Notes: generated by a model not told the origin, from the letters alone. A DNA stretch of 64,000 bases from an uncultured Solirubrobacterales bacterium (GCA_963831725.1 CAWHRF010000003.1:179859-243858); one strand, 5' to 3'. Positions 8,430-17,315 are shown, counted from the first letter of the stretch. Numbers and translations are program-made.

Positions 8430-8892
8430 ACCCGCGTCGGTTCCGCCCGCGCCTCCCCCTGCCGCAGGGAACTTCGCTGTGCGGCAGCAGCGGAGCCGCA
8501 CGATGTCGGCCATTCCGAGCGACCGCACCTCGCTAGAGCAACGTTTGGCTTCGCTTCTGTGGGCCGTGGGAGTGCGTGGCTGGCGGCGTTCCGTCTGGGT
8601 CGAACGGACGAAACCCGACTTCGTCTTTTCGCGCCGCCAGATTGCGGTCTTCGTTGACGGCTGCTTCTGGCACGGCTGCCCTCGATGTTGTAGACGCCCT
8701 GCTACCAACGTCGACTATTGGGACGCCAAGCTCGACCGGAACATGGAGCGTGACGTCGAGCAGACGCAGAGGCTTGAAGCGGCTGGCTGGACGGTCCTGC
8801 GCTTCTGGGGTCACGAGATCGATCGCGATCCCGAGGGCTGCGCGCAGCGGGTTAGGCTCGCCCACGTTGGGCGTGCCCAGCTCATCGCCTGA
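8416..8892 (+). CDS. vsr: Very short patch repair endonuclease
   Basis: RSRTMSAI, KPDFVF, AVFVDGCFWHGCP, YWDAKLDRNMERD and GWTVLRFW motifs; overlaps the end of the methyltransferase gene. Confidence 0.93.
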   Translation: MPSRKPASVPPAPPPAAGNFAVRQQRSRTMSAIPSDRTSLEQRLASLLWAVGVRGWRRSVWVERTKPDFVFSRRQIAVFVDGCFWHGCPRCCRRPATNVDYWDAKLDRNMERDVEQTQRLEAAGWTVLRFWGHEIDRDPEGCAQRVRLAHVGRAQLIA

Positions 8893-9060
8893 TCGCGCTT
8901 GTCAGGCTGCGGCGGCGGGCAGTGACGTTTGCGTCTGGTCTCAGCGGGCGACCGCAACACGCTCACATCTCGGTCGTCCAACTCTGCAGTCTGATCCGAG
9001 ATCAACAACCCCAATCGCGCGATGCGTACCAGCCATGCCTGCCGCCCCCTTGACCGACCA

Positions 9061-9087
9061 GGATGCCCGCTCCCGCTGCGGGCATCC
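9061..9087 (+). terminator. GC-rich hairpin after the island operon
   Basis: GGATGCCCGC-N7-GCGGGCATCC perfect 10-bp stem, no U tract. Confidence 0.4.
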
Positions 9088-9157
9088 GGTGCTCGGCACT
9101 TGACAAACCAACGTCTATAACAGCAATTCGCCTCGCCTGCCGATAGGGTTGCAAGAA

Positions 9158-9187
9158 TTGCAGATGTTGGGCGAAAGAAGGTATGAT
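9158..9187 (+). promoter_or_regulatory. Sigma70-type leaderless promoter of the HTH-PIN pair
   Basis: TTGCAG-N18-TATGAT-N6-ATG(9194). Confidence 0.55.
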
Positions 9188-9193
9188 CGACCA

Positions 9194-9856
9194 ATGGAGA
9201 TCTTGAGCCCCGAGGACCGCGTCGTACTGTGGCGCGCAGCGATCGACGCTGAGGGAACCAGACGCGAGACGCTGGTGCGCGCGATCGCCAAGGAGATTTT
9301 CGAGAGCCTTGGCGCCCTGGACATGTACGCCGATCAGTACGCGCGGCTGACTATCGAGAGCCTCAGCACGCTCGATGACGCCGGCCTGTTCGCAAGCGAC
9401 AGCCTGCGGCGCTGCCTTGAGGCCCTGCACGAGCCGAGCGGCGGTGTCGAGCTTCTCGCCGCCGAGGTCGCCGGGCTGTTGCGTGACGCGGCCGGCATCG
9501 AGCACCTCGGCGTGCAGCGGCGCATTCGCGCCGTCGAGATGGCCTCGCAGTGGCGCGAGCACCTGTTCCTCCGCGAGCCCGCCGAGCCGGGCTACCTGAG
9601 CGTCGCGGACGTCGCGGCGCGTTATGGCGTCAGCACCCAGGCCGTGTACAAGTGGCTTTCAAAACAGCGGATCGAGGGGACGCGCGGACCGGGAGGGTCA
9701 TGGCGCATCCCGGCGGCGCAGTTTCAGTCAGACACCCGGCCGGCCACCACGCGCGAGCGCTTGGACACGCTGCAGGCGCAGCTCATCTCACTTCATGGCG
9801 GCAGCGATCTCGCTGCGGAGGAAGAGCTCGGCAGGCAGTTGCGCGCCAAGGGCTGA
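9194..9856 (+). CDS. Excisionase-like HTH (HTH_17) protein, putative antitoxin
   Basis: YLSVADVAARYGVSTQAVYKWL...GPGGSWRIP, preceded by an unrecognised ~130-aa helical N-terminal region; lies upstream of a PIN gene. Confidence 0.75.
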   Translation: MEILSPEDRVVLWRAAIDAEGTRRETLVRAIAKEIFESLGALDMYADQYARLTIESLSTLDDAGLFASDSLRRCLEALHEPSGGVELLAAEVAGLLRDAAGIEHLGVQRRIRAVEMASQWREHLFLREPAEPGYLSVADVAARYGVSTQAVYKWLSKQRIEGTRGPGGSWRIPAAQFQSDTRPATTRERLDTLQAQLISLHGGSDLAAEEELGRQLRAKG

Positions 9857-9871
9857 GCCTCACTGCGGCGG

Positions 9872-10477
9872 ATGCGGGTCGAGTTTGACACCACGGTCCT
9901 GTGGGGCGCGTTTCACAGCCCCTCGGGGCCGTGCTTTTCGCTGATGGCGCTCGCGGCGCAGCGGACCCCGGTGCTGAACGGCTTCATCACTGACGTGATC
10001 GGTGCCGAGTTCTGGTGGCGCGCGACCCAGCAGGGCGTCATGGGGCCCGGACAGCGGGTGGCGCGCACCTACACCGAACAGGAGCTAGAGCCGTTCCTGG
10101 AAACCTTCGAAGTGCTCCTGGAGCCAACCAACATGGCACGCGTGTCGCTGAGCCGAAGCCTTGGACAGAACGCAAGCCTCGTCGGCCTATCCCTCGGCGA
10201 GTTCCTGCACGTCGTCACCGGCGTTGATCGCGTCGCGCTGCTCGCGGCCACCACGCTCTCGTTTCCGGTCACGTTCGAGTCGATGGACATCGCCGACTTG
10301 CATGTGATCTGCGGCGCGCTACAGAATGGTGCCGACGTGATCTGCAGCAGCGACGGCAGACTGCTCGGCTATGACCCGATCGGTGACATCCGTGTACTGC
10401 GTCCAAGGCACCTCGCCGGCGAGCTCGGGTTGATCGATACCGCCAGTACCGCGGCGCGGGTGGCGCCGGACGTATAG
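9872..10477 (+). CDS. PIN-domain protein (putative VapC-like toxin)
   Basis: Acidic tetrad: VEFDTTVL, AEF, ADLHVI, CSSDGRLL. Confidence 0.8.
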   Translation: MRVEFDTTVLWGAFHSPSGPCFSLMALAAQRTPVLNGFITDVIGAEFWWRATQQGVMGPGQRVARTYTEQELEPFLETFEVLLEPTNMARVSLSRSLGQNASLVGLSLGEFLHVVTGVDRVALLAATTLSFPVTFESMDIADLHVICGALQNGADVICSSDGRLLGYDPIGDIRVLRPRHLAGELGLIDTASTAARVAPDV

Positions 10478-10481
10478 GCGC

Positions 10482-10610
10482 TCAGCGCAGGTCGAGGTTG
10501 ACTAGGCGGTAGCCCATCGCGATGTCTGAGACCTCAAACATGGACGCGAGAGCGCTCGTGGACGAGTTCGCCTGGAAGGCGCTGGTCAGCAGCCGGCGGC
10601 GAGTGATTCG
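10482..10610 (-). pseudogene. C-terminal remnant of an ImmA/IrrE-family metallopeptidase
   Basis: Minus strand reads RRLLTSAFQANSSTSALASMFEVSDIAMGYRLVNLDLR*, matching the LA..F.VS..AM.YRL.NL C-terminal HTH of the family. No HEXXH region upstream. Confidence 0.6.
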
Positions 10611-10778
10611 CGACGCTTGCTTCTAGCACGCGGCGGGAGCGAGACAGCCTCACCAAAGGCACTCCCGGTTGTCGCTCAGGACGAACAGCGAGCCTATCGA
10701 TCCTCCAGGATCGGCCTTCCGCATTGTCCCGCGTCATCTATGCCCTACGGGCAACGTCGTCCCGCCACCACCGACAGC

Positions 10779-11717
10779 TCAACCCTTGAACGTCGACGAC
10801 CCGCGGTCCCCGAAGGGCTCGTCGCGCTCCCGCACGGCCTCGCGGAAGCCGGCCTGCATCGCACGCCGTTGGAAGCCGTAGCCCTCGGCGGTGTGGCGCG
10901 CGATCCCATCCAGGAGCGTCCCCAGGACCTGCGTCTCGTCCAGTCCCTGGGCGTGGAGCGTCTGGTTGACGAGCAGCTTCATCATCCGCAACTGGTTGAC
11001 TGGCAGGCGCGCGATCCGCTCGAGCAGGATCTCGGTGCGCTCGTCGAGCTGCTCGGGTGGCGGCGCCTCGATCGCCAGTCCCCACTCGAGCGCCTCCTCG
11101 CCCGAGAGGCAATCGCCGGTGAACAGCAGTCGCTTGGCGCGCTGGGCTCCCAGCCGATAAGCCCACATCGAGGTGGTGGGCGCGCCCCACACACGCGCCG
11201 GCGGGTAGCCGATCTTGGCGTCGGCAGCGATCACAAGCAGGTCGGAGCACAGTGCCATGTCGGTGCCTCCGGCGATGCAGAATCCCTGCACCTTGCAGAC
11301 AACCGGCTTGCCGGCGTAAAACAGCGACATGAAGCCGCGCACGTTGCGACTCATCATCGCGTAGTCCACCATCGCATCCCAGGTGCCCGCCGGGTCGTGG
11401 TTGGCAGCCATCACAGCCGGATCCAGCGGCGAACCCGGCGGTGGGGCAGGGGGCCCCTCGCCCAAGCCTCCACCACCCTCGGCACTCTCGACGAGGTCAT
11501 AGCCGCCGCAGAATCCCTTGCCGTTGCCTGTCAGCAGCATCACGTGGACCGCAGGGTCCAGGTCGGCGCGCTCCACGCAGCGCTCCAGCTCGTCGATCAG
11601 CCCTCGCGTGATGCCATTACCGCGCTCGGGCCGGTTCAGAGTGATCCGCGCGACCCGGTCGACCACCTCGTAGGTCACGTTTCGCAGAGCGTCGGCCATT
11701 GCCGCATAGTCTTCCAC
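10779..11717 (-). CDS. Crotonase/enoyl-CoA hydratase family protein
   Basis: ITLNRPERGN, FCGGYDL, GFCIAGGTDMALCSDL, IGYPPARVWG. Confidence 0.92.
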   Translation of the reverse strand: MEDYAAMADALRNVTYEVVDRVARITLNRPERGNGITRGLIDELERCVERADLDPAVHVMLLTGNGKGFCGGYDLVESAEGGGGLGEGPPAPPPGSPLDPAVMAANHDPAGTWDAMVDYAMMSRNVRGFMSLFYAGKPVVCKVQGFCIAGGTDMALCSDLLVIAADAKIGYPPARVWGAPTTSMWAYRLGAQRAKRLLFTGDCLSGEEALEWGLAIEAPPPEQLDERTEILLERIARLPVNQLRMMKLLVNQTLHAQGLDETQVLGTLLDGIARHTAEGYGFQRRAMQAGFREAVRERDEPFGDRGSSTFKG

Positions 11718-11802
11718 GGCACGCGCGGCGGCGTAATCAAGAAGCTGAGCAATGACACGCAGGGTGTCTGGATTGCCCTCCTTCTTGACCTCAACTATGG
11801 GC

Positions 11803-13149
11803 TCAGAAGGTGTTGAAGCACCCGTACACGATGTACAGCGGGTTCGTGACGGTGCTCCGGTGGGCGCCGAGCATCGTCGGGCCGCCGATGAAGGCGGGAG
11901 GGGACTGGGCCTTGTAGCAGCCGTCGTATTCGACGCTCACGTCGTACTCGACGGAGGTTTGCTGGAACGGCACCGACTGTGCTTGAGGCAGGTACACGTA
12001 CAGGGTGCAGTTCCAGTCTCCCGGGCCGACCGCCTTGGCCGCGCGGCGGTTGCAGTTGGGCAGGATGTCGAGCTTTGCGCCGGCGGGCACTCGCCGTCCG
12101 ATCAACTGCTGCTGTAGCAATGTGACGTTGTTGAACTCTTCCCCGATGGCCGCGCTGAGGCGGTAGGCGGTGTCGCCGGTGGGACCGCTGTTGGCGAGCA
12201 GGGCGAGCACCGCGACGAGCGCGGTGGCGATCGCCACGACCCGGACTGGTGTGCGCCAGTCGGGGCCGCGGCTGACTGTGCTCGCCAGGAAGTCGCGGCG
12301 CCGGAGGATCCTCCAGCTCGCGGCGATGCACGCGGCGATCCAGGCGACGCTCACCAGGCTCGACACCACGAGCGGGCCGTAGAAGCGGTGGGTCGTGAAG
12401 AGGCCGTGCCAGCCCTCGAACGCAGAGCCGATCAGGAGCAGGTGCACAGCCACGCCCTTGCCGATCAGGTCCAGCAGCTGGGTGAGCAGTGCCACTAGCA
12501 GCGGCCCGAGCACACCGACGATCCCGTTGCGCGTGGCGATAGAGAACAGGATCGCCACGCTCGTGTACGCCAGCGCCGGCAGCACGCACAACAGCCAGCT
12601 GAGCAGCGTCAGGGCGAGCAGCTTGCCTGGGGGGGTGAGCACACCGCTGAGGTCGACAAGCGAGTGGGCGCCCACGAACACGACCCCCGCGATCAGGCTC
12701 GAGAGCGCCAGCAGCAGCGTCAGCGCGACGGTGAGCATGCCCGCGGCGAGGAGCTTGGCTGCATACAGGTCGGCGCGGGTGCAGGAGCGGGTCAGGATCG
12801 TCTTCCAGGTCCCGTGCCGATCCTCGCAGGAGAACAGGTCGCCCCCGAGCAGTCCGGCGATCAGCGGCAGCCCCCAGTTCCCGGCGAAGCTGAGGATCAC
12901 GAGCGAGATAGCGAATCCGGAGGAGTGCACCCACACGCCGAACAGCGCGTCCGAGGGAGTACCGCTCTGCACCTTCAGCACCGCAGCGAAAGCGAACGGG
13001 CCGGCGATGCAGACGACGACCAGCAGCCGGATGGTCAGCTGGGCACCCAGCTTTTGCAGCTCGGCCCGCAACGCGTTCCAGATCGCGTCCTCCCCGCCGA
13101 ACGGAAGCGTTGCCGGGGTGGCGGGCGCCGTTGGGGCGATCGCGCTCAT
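11803..13149 (-). CDS. ABC-2 type permease with C-terminal Cys-containing extracytoplasmic domain
   Basis: GDLFSCEDRHGTWKTILTRS motif and multiple TM helices. ATG 13149 overlaps the ATPase stop. Confidence 0.85.
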   Translation of the reverse strand: MSAIAPTAPATPATLPFGGEDAIWNALRAELQKLGAQLTIRLLVVVCIAGPFAFAAVLKVQSGTPSDALFGVWVHSSGFAISLVILSFAGNWGLPLIAGLLGGDLFSCEDRHGTWKTILTRSCTRADLYAAKLLAAGMLTVALTLLLALSSLIAGVVFVGAHSLVDLSGVLTPPGKLLALTLLSWLLCVLPALAYTSVAILFSIATRNGIVGVLGPLLVALLTQLLDLIGKGVAVHLLLIGSAFEGWHGLFTTHRFYGPLVVSSLVSVAWIAACIAASWRILRRRDFLASTVSRGPDWRTPVRVVAIATALVAVLALLANSGPTGDTAYRLSAAIGEEFNNVTLLQQQLIGRRVPAGAKLDILPNCNRRAAKAVGPGDWNCTLYVYLPQAQSVPFQQTSVEYDVSVEYDGCYKAQSPPAFIGGPTMLGAHRSTVTNPLYIVYGCFNTF

Positions 13150-14108
13150 CGCCCGGCCAGCACCGTCTCGGCCAGCTCCTCGGGCTCGAGCTGCTCGAGC
13201 GCGGCGCCGTCGGAGGTGAGGGCGAAGAACATGGCCTCCAGCGGACTCACGAGCAGGTCCAAGCGCCGGATCGCCACGCGCGCGTCCCCGAGCGCGAACA
13301 CGAACTCGTCCAGACAACCCTCGCGCACGCTCAGCGCGAGCTCTCCCCGGCGCGAGCGCCCGGCCCGCACCCCGGCATGGTCCGCGGCGATCCGCAGGGC
13401 CAGATCGTCATCGCTGGTCGCGAGCGCGTACGCGCAGGCGGGCGCCTGCGCGATCAGCTCTTCCGCCGAGCCGTCCCACACCACCCTGCCCTCGCGCATG
13501 ACCGTATAGGTGTCGCACACCCGCTCCAGCTCCCCGATCTGGTGGCTGGAGAGCAGCACCGCGACGCCCTCGGCGGCCAGCTCTGCGACCAAAGATGCCA
13601 CCGCGCGCGTTCCCGCCGGGTCGAGCCCACTCGTCGGCTCGTCCAGCAGGAGCAGGCGGGGTGAGCGCAGCAGCGCGGCCGCGATTCCGAGCCGTTGGCG
13701 CATACCGGTGGAGTAGCCGGCCACGCGATCGTCGCCCCTGTGCTCCAGCTCCACGCGTGCGAGCGCGTCCCGCACCGCGGCTGCGGTCGGGCCGGCGTCC
13801 AGCCGCGCTAGCAGGGAAAGGTTTGCGCGCCCGGACAGGTAGGGGTAGAAGGCGGGCTCCTCGACGAACCCGCCCACCTCCTCAAGAGCCTCGCCGCCCA
13901 GCCCGTCGAGCTCCCGCCCCAGTAGCGCCACCGCGCCGGCGTCTGGGTGAATCAGTCCGAACAGCATCCGCAGCAGCGTCGTCTTGCCCGCACCGTTCGG
14001 GCCGAGTAGGCCCCGAACCTGCCCCGGGGCGACCGTCAACTCGACGCCGTCGACCGCGGTCCTCGCCCCGAAGCGCTTGACCAATCCGCTCGCTCGGACA
14101 GCCTCCAT
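13146..14108 (-). CDS. ABC transporter ATP-binding protein
   Basis: GPNGAGKTT, YSTGMRQR, LLLDEPT, SSH. Start taken at MEAVRASG. Confidence 0.95.
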   Translation of the reverse strand: MEAVRASGLVKRFGARTAVDGVELTVAPGQVRGLLGPNGAGKTTLLRMLFGLIHPDAGAVALLGRELDGLGGEALEEVGGFVEEPAFYPYLSGRANLSLLARLDAGPTAAAVRDALARVELEHRGDDRVAGYSTGMRQRLGIAAALLRSPRLLLLDEPTSGLDPAGTRAVASLVAELAAEGVAVLLSSHQIGELERVCDTYTVMREGRVVWDGSAEELIAQAPACAYALATSDDDLALRIAADHAGVRAGRSRRGELALSVREGCLDEFVFALGDARVAIRRLDLLVSPLEAMFFALTSDGAALEQLEPEELAETVLAGR

Positions 14109-14185
14109 ATCGGGTGAACCTACCCACGTCCATCCCCCAACTCGTGAAGCGCTCGTGAACGTCGGTGATTTATTTATAAACGATA

Positions 14186-14229
14186 TGTGACGGCACTGCA
14201 AAGAACGTGTGACAGCAGTGCAAAGAACG
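14186..14229. repeat. 22-bp tandem repeat x2 in the divergent promoter region
   Basis: TGTGACGGCACTGCAAAGAACG followed directly by TGTGACAGCAGTGCAAAGAACG (2 mismatches). Confidence 0.85.
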
Positions 14230-14363
14230 AGAAATTTCACACAGATTTTCACCACCAGGTAACAACGGGAACCCCACACGCAGGGTAGACCGGGCGGCAC
14301 ACAGTTTGCTCCGCCGATTTTTGTCGCATTTACAACCCAGTGTCTACTTGGGAGGGATTTGCC

Positions 14364-17315
14364 GTGGCCAGCTCGGTTCCGATCCGCAAAAGTGGTACTC
14401 GTCTGAACGTCCGGCGCCGGCGCTTGGGTGCAGTCGCGATCCTGGTGGCCTTCGTGGCGGCGGTCGGCGTCGCGTCCGCCGATCTAGGCGGCGTCAACCC
14501 GTTTGGCAGCGGCGAAGTCGGCCAGACCTACAACGGCGCGCTGCTGCTGCCGACGAACCAGTGGATTTCGCCGATCGGGACCCGGATCGAAGACCAGCAT
14601 GGACGGATCGTCTCAAGCACGCTCAGCCCCGACGGCCAGTACATGGCCGCGCTGACGTGGAACGAGTTCACCGGCTACCTGACGATCATCGACCTGAAAA
14701 CGGGCAAGATCGTCCAAGAAGAAGGCGCCTATCCCAACACCCTCGACCCCGCGGCCGGAGAACCGGGCGAAGAGGTCGCGGCCGACGGCCCGCTCTACTC
14801 GCCGGACGGCAAGACTCTGTGGGTCCCCCAGACGGGAGACATCGCCAAGTTCACGGTCGACCCCGAAACCGGCACTGTGTCCGAAAAGGTCATCATCAAG
14901 ATGCCACCGGCCGCGAACGGTCCCGCACCGGAATACAGCACCGAAGCGAAACACCCCGGTGAAGCCGAGCCCTCGGGCATGGCGCTCTCGTCCGACGGCA
15001 GCAAGCTCTACGTCGCCCTCAACGGGTCCAACACGCTCGGTGTGGTCAACACCGCGACAAATGAAGTCGAAAAGGAAATCCCCGTCGGCAACGCGCCGCG
15101 CCAGGTCGTGATCGACGGCAACACCGCGTACGTCTCCAACGAGGGCGGCCATCCCGCCAAGCCGGGCGAAACGACCAACCTCTCCGACGGCACCCCGATC
15201 GTCTCGAGCCCCGTCACCGGTGCTGCCAGCACCGGCACCGTCTCGGTCGTGAACCTGGCCACCGGCAAGCAGGAACAGGAAATCCCGGTGGGACTAGAGC
15301 CGACCGCGCTGTATCAGAGCGGATCGGCGCTGTTTGTCGCCAACTCCAACGACGACAGCATCTCGCTGATCGACACCGCAACCAACACGGTTGCGCAGAC
15401 GACGAGCACCAACCCGTTGCCGGGCGCCAGCGTGGGGAGCTACGCGAACGCGATCACGATGCCCGACCCCGAACACGTGCTCGTGAGCATCGGCCGCGAC
15501 AACGCGATCGCCGTCTACAGGTACAACGGCCTCACGAGGGGGAGGCACGGGGGCTTCACAAGATGGCATAGGACCCCGGCGCAGCCGCTCGAGTTCGAGG
15601 GTCTGCTGCCGACCGACTGGTACCCAGTGCAGGTACAGCCCGACCCGGCGCTCGGGAGCGGGGAGATCGTCGTCACTAACGACAGGGGCATCGGCGACCG
15701 CGGCCCCCAGGCGAAGATCTGCAAGGGCACGGAAACCTCCCCGGCTCCCGAATGCGTGAAGGGCTACAACACCTACGACGACACCGGCACAGTGACAACG
15801 TTCAAGATGCCGGCCGAAGGTGAACTGGCGGGGTACACCAAGACCGTCTTTACCGACAACGACTGGAACAACGTCCCTGCCATCAACAGCGGCGCGGGCG
15901 ACACCGTGCCGGGTGTGATCCCGAGGAGGATCGGAGGGCATTCGCCGATCAAACACGTATTCGTGATCGTCAAGAAGAACCGAACCTACGACCAGGTGCT
16001 CGGCGATCTCGGCGAGGGCAACAGCGACCCCGAACTCGCCCAGTTCGGCCAGAAGATCACCCCCAACCAGCACGCGCTGGCCAAGCGCTTCGGCGACCTC
16101 GACGACTTCTACGACGAGGGCACGCTGTCGGCCGACGGGCACAACTGGATCGTGCAGGCCGAGGCCAACGACTACGTCGAAAAGGAGTTCGGGGCGTTCT
16201 ACCGCTCCTACCCCGCCGAAGGCGGCGACGCGCTCGCCTACCAGCGTGACGGCTTCCTGTGGAATGCGGCCGAGAAGGCGGGTCTGAGCGTCAGAGACTT
16301 CGGTGAGTACAACAGGTACATCACCGGACCGGGCAACGGCGGCGACTGGAAGGAATGGTATGAAGACTCACAGATCCTCGAAGGAAAGAAGAGCGGGCCG
16401 CTGCCGATCCCGATCAACGAGTACAAGACCTCCTCGGACATCCCCTCGCTGAACGCAATCAGCGATCCCTACTACCCGAGGTTCGACCTCGAAATTCCCG
16501 ACCAGTACCGCTACGACATCTGGAAGGGCGAATTCGAGCACGAGGAAAGCACGGGCGCGGTTCCCAACCTGACGCTGATATGGCTGCCCGACGACCACAC
16601 CGGCGGCGCGCCGGACCCGGTGGCGCAGGTAGCCGACAACGACCTCGCGATGGGTCGGATCGTGGAAACGATCTCCCACAGCAAGGTGTGGAAGGAATCG
16701 GCAATCTTCGGCGTCGAGGACGACACGCAGAACGGCGTCGACCACGTCGACGGGCACCGCGGTCCGGCGTTCGTGATCAGCCCGTACGCCAAGGGCGGCG
16801 TCGAGGACGAATATGAGACGCAGCTCAACATGGTGCGCACGATCGAGCAGGTCCTGGGGATCCAGCCGATGAACCAGGAGGACTACGCCGCCGAGCCGAT
16901 GTACGGGGCGTTCACCGAAACCCCGAACTTCGAACCGTATACCGCCGCTCTCAACGAAATCCCGCTGACGCTCGGCGTCGAAGGCTTCCCGGCGGTCGCT
17001 CCCGCGGCGGCACCCGCGACGGCGCCAGCGACGACGACTCCGGCGACCACTACGCCGGCGGCGAGCGGCGGACCGGTCCAGGGCGAAGTGCCCCCCTCGA
17101 TGCAGAGCGTCTACAACGCCTGGATGAGCTGGAAGCGCCAGCAGCCCTTCCTCGGGAAGGACGCCAGCCCCGACTCGGCCAAGCCGGTGCTGCTCAATCG
17201 CTTCGACTGGTACTCCGCGCACGACTGGAAGGTGGCGTACCCCGGCGACCCGAAGATCTACCTACCCGGCGAAGTGCCCGGGAGCAACCTGCCCGCGGCG
17301 TTCCTCGGCGACTGA
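14364..17315 (+). CDS. Secreted YncE/YVTN beta-propeller plus phosphoesterase (alkaline phosphatase superfamily)
   Basis: RBS GGAGGG then GTG, signal peptide, YVTN-like repeats (LYVALNGSNTLGVVNT, IPVGNAP), IKHVFVIVKKNRTYDQVLGD, SADGHNW, DDHT, EDDTQNGVDHVDGHR. Confidence 0.9.
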   Translation: MASSVPIRKSGTRLNVRRRRLGAVAILVAFVAAVGVASADLGGVNPFGSGEVGQTYNGALLLPTNQWISPIGTRIEDQHGRIVSSTLSPDGQYMAALTWNEFTGYLTIIDLKTGKIVQEEGAYPNTLDPAAGEPGEEVAADGPLYSPDGKTLWVPQTGDIAKFTVDPETGTVSEKVIIKMPPAANGPAPEYSTEAKHPGEAEPSGMALSSDGSKLYVALNGSNTLGVVNTATNEVEKEIPVGNAPRQVVIDGNTAYVSNEGGHPAKPGETTNLSDGTPIVSSPVTGAASTGTVSVVNLATGKQEQEIPVGLEPTALYQSGSALFVANSNDDSISLIDTATNTVAQTTSTNPLPGASVGSYANAITMPDPEHVLVSIGRDNAIAVYRYNGLTRGRHGGFTRWHRTPAQPLEFEGLLPTDWYPVQVQPDPALGSGEIVVTNDRGIGDRGPQAKICKGTETSPAPECVKGYNTYDDTGTVTTFKMPAEGELAGYTKTVFTDNDWNNVPAINSGAGDTVPGVIPRRIGGHSPIKHVFVIVKKNRTYDQVLGDLGEGNSDPELAQFGQKITPNQHALAKRFGDLDDFYDEGTLSADGHNWIVQAEANDYVEKEFGAFYRSYPAEGGDALAYQRDGFLWNAAEKAGLSVRDFGEYNRYITGPGNGGDWKEWYEDSQILEGKKSGPLPIPINEYKTSSDIPSLNAISDPYYPRFDLEIPDQYRYDIWKGEFEHEESTGAVPNLTLIWLPDDHTGGAPDPVAQVADNDLAMGRIVETISHSKVWKESAIFGVEDDTQNGVDHVDGHRGPAFVISPYAKGGVEDEYETQLNMVRTIEQVLGIQPMNQEDYAAEPMYGAFTETPNFEPYTAALNEIPLTLGVEGFPAVAPAAAPATAPATTTPATTTPAASGGPVQGEVPPSMQSVYNAWMSWKRQQPFLGKDASPDSAKPVLLNRFDWYSAHDWKVAYPGDPKIYLPGEVPGSNLPAAFLGD

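Larger units (their letters stand above)
3642..10740. mobile_element. Decayed genomic (defence) island at the 3' end of tRNA-Asp
   Basis: Starts immediately after the tRNA. It has more A/T-ending codons and frequent CTAG (e.g. near 4553, 5075, 5111, 5134, 5633, 7581, 8533, 10502), RM/TA-type cargo and gene remnants at both ends. No intact integrase or attR seen, so the right boundary is approximate. Confidence 0.7.

Noticed and set aside
9100-9121. TTGACA...TATAAC as a consensus promoter
   Set aside because: The spacer is only 10 bp; a better-spaced promoter lies at 9158-9187.
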